Source: Haliotis rufescens
Taxonomy: Eukaryota
Direction of reading: 5' to 3'
Length of the DNA stretch: 64,000 nt
NCBI RefSeq assembly: GCF_023055435.1
Contig: NW_025964235.1
Coordinates: 1,612,001-1,676,000, forward strand
Shown: one piece after another, positions 48,037-62,179 of the stretch
How the letters are laid out: every line of letters starts with the position of its first letter
Position numbering within the stretch: position 1 is the first letter of the stretch
Notes under the pieces: model-generated
The model's database searches: none
What the model was told of the DNA's origin: nothing
What the model saw: the letters and a program-made list of their open reading frames with translations, nothing else
Made by a program: the position numbers and the translations under genes

Positions 48037-49350
48037 TATACTCTTCAAAAAGAGAAACGCAAAGCCAGATTTGTTTGAGATAGGAAAATACATTTATACG
48101 AGGAACCGTACAAGGTATTGAGCCAAAATGTTGTGGAGAGAACACTTGGTGATTGTAGTCATCTCAGTTATCGGTCCAAGTCCAAGGTGAATGTCAGCTA
48201 CCATCAATAACGCGTATATCCCCAGTTGGAATCGACAGCGGCCTGACATCTCCTGACCATGGACGAGACGAGTATGCGAAATACATCCTGGGGAATGGTA
48301 GCCCACTCGGCCTGCAAGGCAAAAGCCAACTGCTGCAACGTCTTGGGTTGTGGTTGACATCGCCGTCTATCCAATTCATCCCACAGGTGTTGTATCGGAT
48401 TCACATCCGGGGACCTGGAAGGCCAGGGGAGAACGTCAACGTTGTTGTTATGTACACAGGCTTTTGTGAACCGTGCTGTATGCGGTCTAGCGTTGTCCTG
48501 CTGGTGTACACCGTTGTCGTTTGCTGCAATTGGGAGGACGTGTGGCAGGAGAATGTCGTTGATGTATCGTTGAGCCGTAAGACTGCCCTGGATATGGACC
48601 AAAACTGTTCTGCCATGATGAGAGATATCCACCCACATCATAACGCTACCCCACCAAACATGTCCACTTCCTGTACGCAGTTTCCGGCGTAACGTTCGCC
48701 CCGACGTCTGCAGACCCGTGCTCTTCCATCCCTTCGACGGAGGAGACATCTTGATTCGTCGCTGAACCATACATCTCTCCATCGCAGTTGAAGCCATACC
48801 CTGTTTTGACGACACCAATGCAGTCGTTGTTGACGATGTTGTCTACTCAATATGACGCATCAAACAGGACGTTTAGACCTGCTGCTCTTACAGCACGTAC
48901 GTTCTGGTCGGAGTTTCTGCGCAGTCCGGGTATTCGGGATGCGGTTGAGGTGGCTGTGGCCGTCCTTTCACGTAGGTGGCGCAGTCGGATGTATGGATAT
49001 TGGGTGGGGGTGGTACTCATGGTCGTCCCGACCTTGGCCGATCACGTGTTGACCCATGCTGTTGAAACCGATCCCATGGTGATGGTGCTGGGCGCTACAT
49101 TGAAAACCCTGGCTACAGCTGATCGGGATTCCCCTGCCTGCAAGCGGCCTTGTTTCTTTGCACTATTGTTAATGTCGGCATGTTGTTGAACTGTCACTGT
49201 TCGATTGACGCCGATGCCAGGCAAGCAAAGACCCTATAATATACTGACACTATACGATATTAAACCTCTTCATTTTGCACGTCTTGGTCCGCGAATTTTG
49301 CTTTTATGGCCAAAGATTTCCGAACTGCGTTTCTCTTTTTGAAGAGTATA
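48037..49350 (-). mobile_element. Tc1-like DNA transposon (degenerate, about 1.3 kb)
   Basis: TIRs tatactcttcaaaaagagaaacgca and tgcgtttctctttttgaagagtata; VWFSDESR, QQDNARPH and WPSRSPDVNPIQHLW motifs across frameshifts. Confidence 0.92.
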
Positions 49351-49354
49351 CAGT

Positions 49355-49552
49355 AACCAGCATACCCCCTGACAATATACCACTGTGCAGGGCAACCAAC
49401 AAACCAGCATTCCCCCTGACAATATACCGCTGTGTAGGGCGACCAACAAACCAGCATTCCCCCTGACAATATACCACTGTGTAGGGCAACCAACAAACCA
49501 GCATTCCCCCTGACAATATACCACTCGGTAGGGCAACCAACAAACCAGGGAC
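49355..49552. repeat. 47-bp tandem repeat (4 copies)
   Basis: aaaccagcattccccctgacaatataccactgtgtagggcaaccaac; a related single unit lies at about 47868-47910 on the other side of the Tc1. Confidence 0.9.
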
Positions 49553-49954
49553 CCCTTGGGTGTGGCTCACTGTATATGCTATATATTCTGGTCTAGCTAC
49601 ATGGTTATGCGTGTGGGTGTGGCTCACGGTATATGCTATATATTCTGGTCTAGCTACATGGTTATGCGTGTGTTTCGACCTCGTTATTTCTAGATGGTTG
49701 CTTCTGTCCCGGAAGTTTTTCTACCGCTATGTTCTGAATCCAAACAATCACAGCAAAGTAATGTTTAATGTTTATTTGCTTATACTATTGGTCATTTAAA
49801 ACACATTGTATTATCATCAAAGTTGTAAAAATAATATTCACAATGCATTATATCGCATGATAAAATGACATTAAGTTATCGTCGCCTCCGTGAGTTAATC
49901 ATTGGAGTACAGATGCTTGATTTCTGCCGAAGACTTGGAGAGACCTCCGCGTGG

Positions 49955-50038
49955 CTACCTGGGAACCGCCTGACAGTTGAACTGGCCGGCCGAGTGAGAG
50001 TCACGTACTATCCACGCCTTATCAATCACAGCCCCCTT
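49955..50038 (-). CDS. ACP7: Purple acid phosphatase ACP7, terminal exon
   Basis: tttcttgcag acceptor; KGAVIDKAWIVRDSHSAGQFNCQAVPR-TAG; AATAAA (minus strand) at 49771-49776. Confidence 0.85.
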   Translation of the reverse strand, partial: KGAVIDKAWIVRDSHSAGQFNCQAVPR

Positions 50039-50189
50039 CTGCAAGAAAAAAACACAACTAGAATCAACTTCTTCACATTTCTGACGACCAACCAAGTAAT
50101 ACCCGCCAAGTTAAATCCACCCGACTGAAAACTGTCGTCGTTATACCCGTGGTTCGGGCGGCCAGCCAACTGGTCCCCGCCGCCATCAC

Positions 50190-53100
50190 ATCCACCCGAC
50201 TGACAACCGTTGTTGTCATACCAACGCATATATCCCACATCCACCCGACTGACAACCGTTGTTGTCATACCAACGCATATATCCCACATCCACCCGACTG
50301 AAAACCGTTGTTGTCATACCAACGCATATATCCCACATCCACCCGACTGACAACCGTTGTTGTCATACCAACGCATATATCCCACATCCACCCGACTGAA
50401 AACCGTTGTTGTCATACCAACGCATATATCCGACATCCACCGACTGAAAACCGTTGTTGTCATACCAACGCATATATCCCACATCCACCCGACTGACAAC
50501 CGTTGTTGTCATACCAACGCATATATCCGACATCCACCGACTGAAAACCGTTGTTGTCATACCAACGCATATATCCCACATCCACCGACTGAAAACCGTT
50601 GTTGTCATACCAACGCATATATCCGACATCCACCGACTGAAAACCGTTGTTGTCATACCAACGCATATATCCTACAAGTATATTTGATAGATCATGTGCT
50701 GTGCAATACGTGACTCCTACAAGCATATTTGATAGATCATTTGTTGTGCAACACATGGCTCCTACAAGTATATTTGATAGATCATGTGTTGTGCAGTATA
50801 TGGCTCCGACAAGTATATTCGATAGATCATGTGTTGTACAATACGTGACTCCTACAAACATATTTGATAGATCATGTGTTGTGCAATACGTGACTCCTAC
50901 AAGCATATTTGATAGATCATGTGTTGTGCAATACATGGCTCCTACAAGTATATTTGATAGATCATGTATTGTGCAGTATATGGCTCCGACAAGTATATTT
51001 GATAGATCATGTGTTGTGCAATACGTGACTCCTACAAGCATATTTGATAGATCATGTGTTGTGCAATACATGGCTCCTACAAGCATATTTGATAGATCAT
51101 GTGCTGTGCAGTATATGACTCCGACAAGTATATTTGATAGATCATGTGTTGTGCAATACGTGACTCCTACAAGCATATTTGATAGATCATGTGTTGTGCA
51201 ATACATGGCTCCTACAAGTATATTTGATAGATCATGTATTGTGCAGTATATGGCTCCGACAAGTATATTTGATAGATCATGTGTTGTGCAATACGTGACT
51301 CCTACAAGCATATTTGATAGATCATGTGTTGTGCAATACATGGCTCCTACAAGCATATTTGATAGATCATGTGCTGTGCAGTATATGACTCCGACAAGTA
51401 TATTTGATAGATCATGTGTTGTGCAATACGTGACTCCTACAAACATATTTGATAGATCATGTGTTGTGCAATACATGGCTCCTACAAGTATATTTGATAG
51501 ATCACTTGTTGTGCAATATGTGACTCCTACAAGTATATTTGATAAACCATGTGTTGTACAATACGTGATTTCTACTAGTGTATTTGATAGATCAGGTGTT
51601 GTGCAATACATGGCTCCTACAAGTATATTCGATAGATCATGTGTTGTGCAATATGTGTACACGTGTTTTTCAGAGATCGCATGTTGGGCAATATATGTAC
51701 ACGTGTTTTTCAGAGACCACGTGTTGGGCAATATGTAGACGTGTTTTTCAGAGATCACATGTTGGGCAATATATGTACACGTGTTTTTCAGAGATCACGT
51801 GTTGGGCAATATGTAGACGTGTTTTTCAGAGATCACGTGTTGGGCAATATATGTACACGTGTTTTTCAGAGATCATGTGTTGGGCAATATATGTACACGT
51901 GTTTTTCAGAGATCACGTGTTGGGCAATATATGACTCCTACATGTACTTTTCAGAGATCATGTGTTGGGCAATATATGACTCCTACATGTACTTTTCAGA
52001 GATCATGTGTTGGGCAATATATGACTCCTACATGTACTTTTCAGAGATCATGTGTTGGGCAATATATGACTCCTACATGTACTTTTCAGAGATCATGTGT
52101 TAGGCAATATATGTAGACGTGTTTTTCAGAGATCATGTGTTGGGCAATATATGTAGACGTGTTTTTCAGAGATCATGTGTTGGGCAATATATGTAAACGT
52201 GTTTTTCAGAGATCATGTGTTGGGCAATATATGTACACGTGTTTTTCAGAGATCACGTGTTGGGCAATATATATACACGTGTTTTTCAGAGATCACGTGT
52301 TGGGCAATATATGTACACGTGTTTTTCAGAGATCACATGTTGGGCAATATATGTACACGTGTTTTTCAGAGATCACGTGTTGGGCAATATATGTAAACTT
52401 GTTTTTCAGAGATCACGTGCTGGGCAATATATGACTCCTACATGTACTTTTCAGAGATCATGTGTTGGGCAATATATGACTCCTACATGTACTTTTCAGA
52501 GATCATGTGTTGGGCAATATATGACTCCTACATGTACTTTTCAGAGATCATGTGTTGGGCAATATATGTACACGTGTTTTTCAGAGATCATGTGTTGAGC
52601 AATATATGTACACGTGTTTTTCAGAGATCACGTGTTGGGCAATATATGTAAACTTGTTTTTCAGAGATCACGTGCTGGGCAATATATGACTCCTACATGT
52701 ACTTTTCAGAGATCATGTGTTGGGCAATATATGACTCCTACATGTACTTTTCAGAGATCATGTGTTGGGCAATATATGTAGACGTGTTTTTTCAGAGATC
52801 ACGTGTTGGGCAATTTATGACTCCTACATGTACTTTTCAGAGATCATGTGTTGGGCAATATATGACTCCTACATATACTTTTCAGAGATCATGTGTTGGG
52901 CAATATATGTACACGTGTTTTTCAGAGATCATGTGTTGGGCAATATATGTACACGTGTTTTTCAGAGATCATGTGCTGGGCAATATATGACTCCTACATG
53001 TACTTTTCAGAGATCATGTGTTGGGCAATATATGACTCCTACATGTACTTTTCAGAGATCATGTGTTGGGCAATATATGACTCCTACATGTACTTTTCAG

Positions 53101-55562
53101 AGATCATGTGTTGGGCAATATATGACTCCTACATGTACTTTTCAGAGATCATGTGTTTGGCAATATATGACTCCTACATGTACTTTTCAGAGATCATGTG
53201 TTAGGCAATATATGTAGACGTGTTTTTCAGAGATCATGTGTTGGGCAATATATGTAGACGTGTTTTTCAGAGATCATGTGTTGGGCAATATATGTAAACG
53301 TGTTTTTCAGAGATCATGTGTTGGGCAATATATGTACACGTGTTTTTCAGAGATCACGTGTTGGGCAATATATATACACGTGTTTTTCAGAGATCACGTG
53401 TTGGGCAATATATGTACACGTGTTTTTCAGAGATCATGTGTTGGGCAATATATGTAAACTTGTTTTTCAGAGATCACGTGCTGGGCAATATATGACTCCT
53501 ACATGTACTTTTCAGAGATCATGTGTTGGGCAATATATGACTCCTACATGTACTTTTCAGAGATCATGTGTTGGGCAATATATGACTCCTACATGTACTT
53601 TTCAGAGATCATGTGTTGGGCAATATATGTACACGTGTTTTTCAGAGATCATGTGTTGAGCAATATATGTACACGTGTTTTTCAGAGATCACGTGTTGGG
53701 CAATATATGTAAACTTGTTTTTCAGAGATCACGTGCTGGGCAATATATGACTCCTACATGTACTTTTCAGAGATCATGTGTTGGGCAATATATGACTCCT
53801 ACATGTACTTTTCAGAGATCATGTGTTGGGCAATATATGTAGACGTGTTTTTTCAGAGATCACGTGTTGGGCAATTTATGACTCCTACATGTACTTTTCA
53901 GAGATCATGTGTTGGGCAATATATGACTCCTACATATACTTTTCAGAGATCATGTGTTGGGCAATATATGTACACGTGTTTTTCAGAGATCATGTGTTGG
54001 GCAATATATGTACACGTGTTTTTCAGAGATCACGTGCTGGGCAATATATGACTCCTACATGTACTTTTCAGAGATCATGTGTTGGGCAATATATGACTCC
54101 TACATGTACTTTTCAGAGATCATGTGTTGGGCAATATATGACTCCTACATGTACTTTTCGGAGATCATGTGTTGGGCAATATATGACTCCTACATGCACT
54201 TTTCAGAGATCATGTGTTGGGCAATATATGACTCCTACATGGACTTTTCAGAGATCACGTGTTGGGCAATATATGACTCCTACATGTACTTTTCAGAGAT
54301 CATGTGTTGGGCAATATATGACTCCTACATGTACTTTTCAGAGATCATGTGTTGGGCAATATATGACTCCTACATGTACTTTTCAGAGATCATGTGTTGG
54401 GCAATATATGTACACGTGTTTTTCAGAGATCATGTGTTGAGCAATATATGTACACGTGTTTTTCAGAGATCACGTGTTGGGCAATATATGTAAACTTGTT
54501 TTTCAGAGATCACGTGCTGGGCAATATATGACTCCTACATGTACTTTTCAGAGATCATGTGTTGGGCAATATATGACTCCTACATGTACTTTTCAGAGAT
54601 CATGTGTTGGGCAATATATGTAGACGTGTTTTTTCAGAGATCACGTGTTGGGCAATTTATGACTCCTACATGTACTTTTCAGAGATCATGTGTTGGGCAA
54701 TATATGACTCCTACATATACTTTTCAGAGATCATGTGTTGGGCAATATATGTACACGTGTTTTTCAGAGATCATGTGTTGGGCAATATATGTACACGTGT
54801 TTTTCAGAGATCACGTGCTGGGCAATATATGACTCCTACATGTACTTTTCAGAGATCATGTGTTGGGCAATATATGACTCCTACATGTACTTTTCAGAGA
54901 TCATGTGTTGGGCAATATATGACTCCTACATGTACTTTTCGGAGATCATGTGTTGGGCAATATATGACTCCTACATGCACTTTTCAGAGATCATGTGTTG
55001 GGCAATATATGACTCCTACATGGACTTTTCAGAGATCACGTGTTGGGCAATATATGACTCCTACATGTACTTTTCAGAGATCATGTGTTGGGCAATATAT
55101 GTAGACGTGTTTTTCAGAGATCACGTGCTGGGCAATATATGTACACGTGTTTTTCAGAGATCATGTGCTGGGCAATATATGACTCCTACATGTACTTTTC
55201 AGAGATCATGTGTTGGGCAATATATGACTACTACATGTACTTTTCAGAGATCATGTGTTGGGCAATATATGACTCCTTCATGGACTTTTCAGAGATCACG
55301 TGTTGGGCAATATATGTACACGTGTTTGTCATAGATCACGTGCTGGGGAATATATGACTCCTACATGTACCTTTCAGAGATCACGTGTTGAGCAATATAT
55401 GTACACGTGTTTGTCATAGATCATGTGTTGGGCAATGTATGACTCCTACATGTACTTTTCAGAGATCATGTGTTGGGCAATATATGACTCCTACATGCAC
55501 TTTTCAGAGATCATGTGTTGGGCAATATATGACTCCTACATGTACTTTTCAGAGATCATGTG
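50190..55562. repeat. Compound intronic satellite: 48-49-bp, then 45-bp, then 40/45-bp units with higher-order structure
   Basis: Three adjacent arrays (50190-50670, 50671-51650, 51650-55562); blocks recur at 1061-bp and 781-bp spacing. Confidence 0.96.
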
Positions 55563-55585
55563 CAGTGATTCCTGACGGGACAGAC

Positions 55586-55723
55586 CTTGTCAACCGACAT
55601 TTCCTCCAGGTAGAGATGTGTTGTATTCTGCACTGTCACTCGGGTGTACCCATAGTCGTCTGTGTGGAAAGCGGTCCAGGGGAACAGTGTATGTTCAAAT
55701 TTTGTTTGTCCTTCTATGTCACC
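55586..55723 (-). CDS. ACP7: ACP7 exon
   Basis: GDIEGQTKFEHTLFPWTAFHTDDYGYTRVTVQNTTHLYLEEMSVDK; ag/gt bounded, phase 0-0. Confidence 0.9.
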
Positions 55724-55782
55724 CTGAAATAAACCAACAGTTGTGTCTTTATGCTACATCCCTACATTGACCCCCGTTTCAC

Positions 55783-57245
55783 ATAAACTGAAAGTCAAAG
55801 AAACTTTACCACTTAAAAAACAAATTGCAAAAATGTTAAAGCACAAGTTCAAATAAATGCAAAACACATCGACCAAACACAAGAATGCCCCGTTCAGAAA
55901 GTGACACACTTCCACGCTAAGTATTTATTTAAGAAAATGCGAAAACGTTTAAAACATGTGCAGCTTGGACAGTCGAAACTACACGTGGAATATGGGTGGC
56001 GCCGTATATAAATGCCAGACACTCACACTAATAAAACACCACCATAGAATACCACGCCAGACACCCCAACAACGCGAACGGGCCCTGGGTATGACACAGA
56101 TCGGAGCCACACATGCGCACATTGCTAGCTCCCGAGTTGCTCTAATTAACCTGATGCAACGTTACAGACCGGTCAGACATCAAACAGGCCAAGAACAGGC
56201 AGACCAAGGGTAACTTCGCCCAATGAAGACCGGTACTTGTTGGTACTTTGCATCTCCGGAATCGTTTCCTGACATTGACGTCATCAGCGACGAATGCCTT
56301 AGGGCATATGGTTAGTCGACAACCAGGACTCAGGACTCAGGCCTCAGTGAATTAGGGCTTACAGACCTTACAGAGGATATTTATTGACAGCGAAAGATCG
56401 TCGTCAGAGATTGTGATGGGCCCGGACTTTACGTCGTTGGCAGCTGATGAAACCGGTTCTGTTTGTTCAGAGCTGACAGAAGACAGCCTATATCGCCGAA
56501 GGAGAGAACGAATCGCGGCAGGGTGCGTTCAGGATGTCGTGCGGTCTGGTGGATGGGGTGTTATGGTGCTGGGCGGAATTTGTGGGCAGGAGCGAACATC
56601 ACTGGTCATCTTTAACGGAAATCTGACACCTCAGCTTTACATGGATGACATTCTTCGTCCGACTGTCCAACCATTAATTTTCTACAACGGCTGCCACGCG
56701 GTGTCCTTTTTTAGCATGACAATGCCAGACCCAATACAGCCCGAATCGTACAGAACTTCCTTGCAGCCAACAACGTCAACGTGTTGCCCTGGCCTGTGCG
56801 CTCCACCGACATGTCCTCCATACAATACCTCTGGGATGTCATGGATCGCCTTGTTCGGCAGCGACCACAACCGACAAGAAATGATCCAGGCCCTCAAAGA
56901 AGAATGGCGACGTATTCCACGTGACGTCATCAGACGACTGACTCTTTCTTGTGTGTCTTGTATCAGGGGCAGTCATACACGCTATTAATGTGACGTGTCA
57001 TTGAACATTGAGCGATTTTAGATGTGTGCCCTTTGTCGATGATGTGGAAAGCTTGTTTTGCTACCCCACCTCAGTTCGGGCAACTGTCATGCCAATATCG
57101 GATGCTGTATGACTGCCAGTATACAAGTTGATTGGTTGAGATTTAGATCTTTAGCTACGGTTTACTTCATGCATATTTCTTTTGTGGTTTTAAAAACTAA
57201 GCGATTTAAAACTTTGGTAAAGTGTCTTTTGGACGTCAGTTTATA
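55783..57245 (+). mobile_element. Tc1-like DNA transposon (degenerate) in an ACP7 intron
   Basis: Imperfect TIRs (taaactgaaagtcaaagaaactttacca and tggtaaagtgtcttttggacgtcagttta); AADET, GVMVLGGI and ...GSHTRY transposase remnants. Confidence 0.85.
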
Positions 57246-57410
57246 TTATTGTCCTCAGCATTACATATATAATTCTCTTCAACATTAAATATACCATATG
57301 TATATAAATTATATATATACCAATTGTTTGCTGCACTGAAACCTAACAATATATATATATATATATTTGTAGCAACATTTGTACATATCAACTGTTTCCC
57401 CTGGACTCAC

Positions 57411-57482
57411 GGCAGATCCAGTAACAATGTGCACGGGCGCCTTGGGGTTGACGTAGGGCTTGTCAATGCTGCCGTTGCAAAT
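57411..57482 (-). CDS. ACP7: ACP7 exon
   Basis: ICNGSIDKPYVNPKAPVHIVTGSA; tttcag acceptor, gtgagt donor. Confidence 0.92.
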
Positions 57483-58427
57483 CTGAAAATCATGCCATGG
57501 AAATAAAGTGTACATCATCCTATCATAATTTTTTTTATACAAAACCATTTAAAACAAGAAAACAGCGTTATCACTATACCCCGCCACGGGGCACATTAGA
57601 ATTATGTTTGTTCATATAATAGTGACTAACATGGAAGTTCATGTTAGCTATAGAAAAAAGAGTCCTATATATCCACATAAAGAGATGGGCACAAGGGTTG
57701 CTTTATTAATTACACAATAAATACACACAAAATAATCAATTATGCATTACATTTTCAAACAAAGATGAGTATCTTTGTAACTTCAGTAGTTTCTGAGAAA
57801 AATTCCCTATTAGAGACACCATGCATTTAATAAAGAAAAATAGACCAAAGTCTGCAACTGTGTGTACACAATATCTGAAAACATATACGTAACTCTGGAA
57901 ATACAAAATTTACGGCCCCAATTTCGAACTCATTCTTAAAAAGTATCTCTTCTAAGAAAAGCTTGTGAACATATATTCATATAACTTCAGAAGTTTCTGA
58001 AAAAATGTCCCCATTGCAGACACTCTGCACCAGTTTAAAAAGCAGCGAGCAAGGAGGAAAATTCTGAAAAACAATAATTTAAGAACCTTATTCTCGAACT
58101 CATTATTTTGAATTCATGACCAGTAAGACCAGTGTGTTACATTTCATTTCTGTAACTTCAATAGTTTGAGTAAACATACAAATCAAGATTTAACGTCGAC
58201 CTTAGTGATGAATATCTGAATTAAAACACATATTTGAATTGAGATGAGGACATGTCACCTTCACTAGGGGGCGCAGCTCAGTGATCCGGATGTAGACGTG
58301 ATCGTGTGGGACTTCGAGACGTCCATATTGCAAACAGGTATTGAGAGTTTGGGAATATCCTGTGCAGGATGTGGACATGGTAGGTTTGTGGATGTAGGCA
58401 GGTTCTCGATGCAGACAGTGTACCCAC

Positions 58428-58553
58428 CTTGGTCTTGTACACTGGCCAAAGCCGCTCGTACGAATGTTCATGGGCATAGAACTCCAGGTCCACGCCATAC
58501 TTGTAGAACAACTCCTCTAGACTAGCAGGGTAGTACTTGTTGCCATTTCTGAT
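58428..58553 (-). CDS. ACP7: ACP7 exon (AHEH metal-binding motif)
   Basis: IRNGNKYYPASLEELFYKYGVDLEFYAHEHSYERLWPVYKTK; ag/gt bounded. Confidence 0.93.
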
Positions 58554-58848
58554 CTGTGAACAGATATATCTCAAACTAGAGCGTCAAAGTACCGCTTTGT
58601 TCACATGCAAAATATATTCCTTTTATTAAGCCACCTTTCTTTTGATAAAACAACCAGCGTCTTGTAGTTAATACGTCATGGAGAAGTCAAAGACTCTCAC
58701 TGTCATAATAATGTCGGGGAAAAATGTTAATTCACTGATGACAAAAGTGAATCAAATCCGTTTGGGTGACTGTCTACTTTACTGATTATAATTTGAAGAG
58801 TGAAGCCAGCCATGTTGGTCCCCGTAGTGATGTCGGTGGTCGACGTAC

Positions 58849-59077
58849 CGGGTTGTTGACGTTGTCACACAGGGCTTCCTCCCCCATGTTGGAGCAGTAC
58901 ATGGGTTTGTGGCCCATCACGATGATCCATGGCCGAGCTGCTCTGTTGCCCGGTAGGTTGGCCGCCTGGAGGTCCTTCTCCAGCCACTCGTACTGGGCGC
59001 GGATGCTCTCTGTACTCACGCCGTAGTAGTACACCTCAGTGGAGAAGCTGATGATGTGGGCGGGGCCGATGTTCCAG
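58849..59077 (-). CDS. ACP7: ACP7 exon (VxxH motif)
   Basis: (S)WNIGPAHIISFSTEVYYYG...QYEWLEKDLQAAN...RAARPWIIVMGHKPMYCSN...NNP; phase 2 to 0. Confidence 0.93.
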
Positions 59078-59091
59078 CTGCAGATGTGTGG

Positions 59092-60918
59092 AACACTTGT
59101 CAATGTGTGTCTGTGTGACACTTGTCAATGTGTGACTGTGTGACGCTGTGTGTGTTTGTGTAACACTTGACAATGTGTGTCTCTGTGACGCTGTGCACGC
59201 TTCACCAGTAAATGTGTGTCTGTGTAACACTTGTCAATGTGTGTCTGTGTGACGCTGTGCACGCTTCACCAGTAAATGTGTGTCTGTGTAACACTTGTCA
59301 ATGTGTGTCTGTGTGACGCTGTGTGTATGCTTCACCAGTAAATGTGTGTCTGTGTAACACTTGTCAATGTGTGTCTGTGTGACGCTGTGCACGCTTCACC
59401 AGTAAATGTGTGTCTGTGTAACACTTGTCAATGTGTGTCTGTGTAACGCTGTGTGTGTATGCTTCACCAGTAAATGTGTGTCTGTGTAACACTTGTCAAT
59501 GTGTGTCTGTGTGACGCTGTGTGTATGCTTCACCAGTAAATGTGTGTATGTGTAACACTTGTCCATGTGTGTTTGTGTGACGCTGTGTGTATGCTTCACC
59601 AGTAAATGTGTGTCTGTGTAACACTTGTCAATGTTTGTCTGTGTGCATGCTTCACCAGTAAATGTGTGTATGTGTAACACTTGTCAATGTGTGTCTGCGT
59701 GACGCTGTGCACGCTTCACCAGTAAATGTGTGTCTGTGTAACACTTGTCAATGTGTGTCTGTGTAACACTTGTCAGTGTGTGTCTGTGTAACACTTGTCA
59801 ATGTGTGTCTGTGTAACACTTGTCAGTGTGTGTCTGTGTAACACTTGTCAGTGTGTGTCAGTGTAACACTTGTCAGTGTGTGTCTGTGTAACACTTGTCA
59901 ATGTGTGTATGTGTGACGCTGTGCACGCTTCACCAGTAAATGTGTCTGTGTAACACTTGTCAATGTGTGTCTGTGTAACGCTATGTGTGTATGCTTCACC
60001 AGTAAATGTGTGTCTGTGTAACACTTGTCGATGTGTGTCTGTGTAACACTTGTCAGTGTGTGTCTGTGTAACACTTGTCAGTGTGTGTCTGTGTAACACT
60101 TGTCAGTGTGTGTCTGTGTAACACTTGTCAATGTGTGTATGTGTGACGCTGTGCACGCTTCACCAGTAAATGTGTGTATGTGTAACACTTGTCAATGTGT
60201 GTCTGTGTGACGCTGTGCACGCTTCACCACTAAATGTGTGTCTGTGTAACACTTGTCAATGTGTGTCTGTGTGACTCTGTGTGTATGCTTCACCAGTAAT
60301 TGTGTGTCTGTGTAACACTTGTCAGTGTGTGTCTGTGTAACACTTGTCAATGTGTGTCTGTGTGACGCTGTGTGTATGCTTCACCAGTAAGTGTGTGTCT
60401 GTGTGACACTTGTCAATGTGTGTCTGTGTAACGATGTGTGTGTGCACGCTTCACCAGTAAATGTGTGTCTGTGTAACACTTGTCAATGTGTGTCTGTGTG
60501 ACTCTGTGTGTATGCTTCACCAGTAAATGTGTGTCTGTGTAACACTTGTCAGTGTGTGTCTGTGTAACACTTGTCAATGTGTGTCTGTGTGACGCTGTGT
60601 GTATGCTTCACCAGTAAGTGTGTGTCTGTGTGACACTTGTCAATGTGTGTCTGTGTAACGATGTGTGTGTGCACGCTTCACCAGTAAATGTGTGTCTGTG
60701 TAACACTTGTCAATGTGTGTCTGTGTGACTCTGTGTGTATGCTTCACCAGTAAGTGTGTGTCTGTGTGACACTTGTCAGTGTGTGTCTGTGTAACACTTG
60801 TCAGTGTGTGTCTGTGTAACGCTGTGTGTATGCTTCACAAGTAAGTGTGTGTCTGTGTGACACTTGTCAATGTGTGTCTGTGTAACGATGTGTGTGTGCA
60901 CGCTTCACCAGTAAATGC
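59092..60918. repeat. Intronic TG-rich minisatellite (approx. 25-bp and 65-bp composite units)
   Basis: Alternating gtgtgtctgtgtaacacttgtca and gcttcaccagtaaat motifs. Confidence 0.95.
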
Positions 60919-61131
60919 GTGTATGCGCGCATGCCCAGATTCACTGATGTTCAATTATATTGAATATATTGAGAACACATTCACATTAACGGCCGTGTGT
61001 GGTTTTGTGAGACTAGTATGTAGAAATAATGGGTGATAGGCAGTAGGGTGTCTGAGGTTTTATATCGCAGGCTGATGCTAATATCCATACAAAATAGGCA
61101 CATCTGGCTTGTAATGGTTAAATATTCCTAC

Positions 61132-61197
61132 CTGAAATACATGCCCTCTCCATCACCGCCAGGCATTGTGAATCTGTTCCTGTAGTTGGAGAAGTTG
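61132..61197 (-). CDS. ACP7: ACP7 exon
   Basis: (Y)NFSNYRNRFTMPGGDGEGMYF(S); phase 2-2. Confidence 0.92.
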
Positions 61198-62023
61198 CTG
61201 AAAGAGGAGGTATGTGTCGTATGTAAAGATGCTGCAAGTATTTACGTTTGTTTTACAACAGATAGCAACAAGACAAATAGCAACACACCTATATGGTCAC
61301 GTGACAAGGCGTATGGGGCTGCCAGACGTCCCGTGGGTGAGGTGGGGGGGGGGGGGGGGGGGGGGGAGTCCTGCAGCTATATAGATATACTGTTGGTCAT
61401 GGTGTCTTCAGTTGCTATGTACGGTGCCATATTAGGTTACCAGAATGTTTGTTTATGCTAACCTAATATGACACCGCATACGGCAACTAAAAACACCATA
61501 ACGAATTTATTATGTCGATAAGTTTACACTCTCTGGTATCTATATCGCACATTTTGCCTTTTATCAGAGATTTCCTCATCGGTGCTACAAGCAAAGCGTT
61601 TGACAGCCATTGCTGATGTCCAAGGGAGACCACTCTTCAAACCTTAGAGGCCAAACCTTGTTGAAAATTTTAACTATAATTTTTATCAAAAAGGTCACGA
61701 ACTAGATCTAAAAATCAGATTAATGTCCTTGCACATCACAATTAATGATAGTAAAACACAAAACTAGCATTTCCATGTGAAATATGTGAGGTGGGTGTTG
61801 GAAAATCCAAGATGGCTGTTACTGACGGTGTACGGTCTCACATAGGTCAGTATCAACCATCTTGGATTTTTACTGACGGTCTACGGACTCATGTGGAGTC
61901 AGTAGTTCTGCTCACTTGTGAAATAAATTAGTTTTAGAAGCAAATTTATCATTTTTGTTGTATATGATGTCCCCGTTACATCGATATCTCTGCTACCAAA
62001 TGTGACGTAACGGAAGTACTCAC

Positions 62024-62121
62024 TATGCGTTTTCATGGTTGCCAACACACACCATATACGGCACCATGGCAGCGACGGGCTCCAACTGACGCATGAACTC
62101 ATCTCCGAGTCGGGCATTATC
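62024..62121 (-). CDS. ACP7: ACP7 exon (GNHE motif)
   Basis: DNARLGDEFMRQLEPVAAMVPYMVCVGNHENA(Y); tttccag acceptor, gtgagt donor. Confidence 0.93.
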
Positions 62122-62179
62122 CTGGAAACGGTTCATGTTATTTATTTCTCATGACAACTCTCAAACCTTACCTATTACC

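Noticed and set aside
50460-55732. Long Cys-rich repeat ORFs (up to 432 aa)
   Set aside because: Frames of 45-bp satellite units inside an ACP7 intron; no splice or codon evidence of coding.
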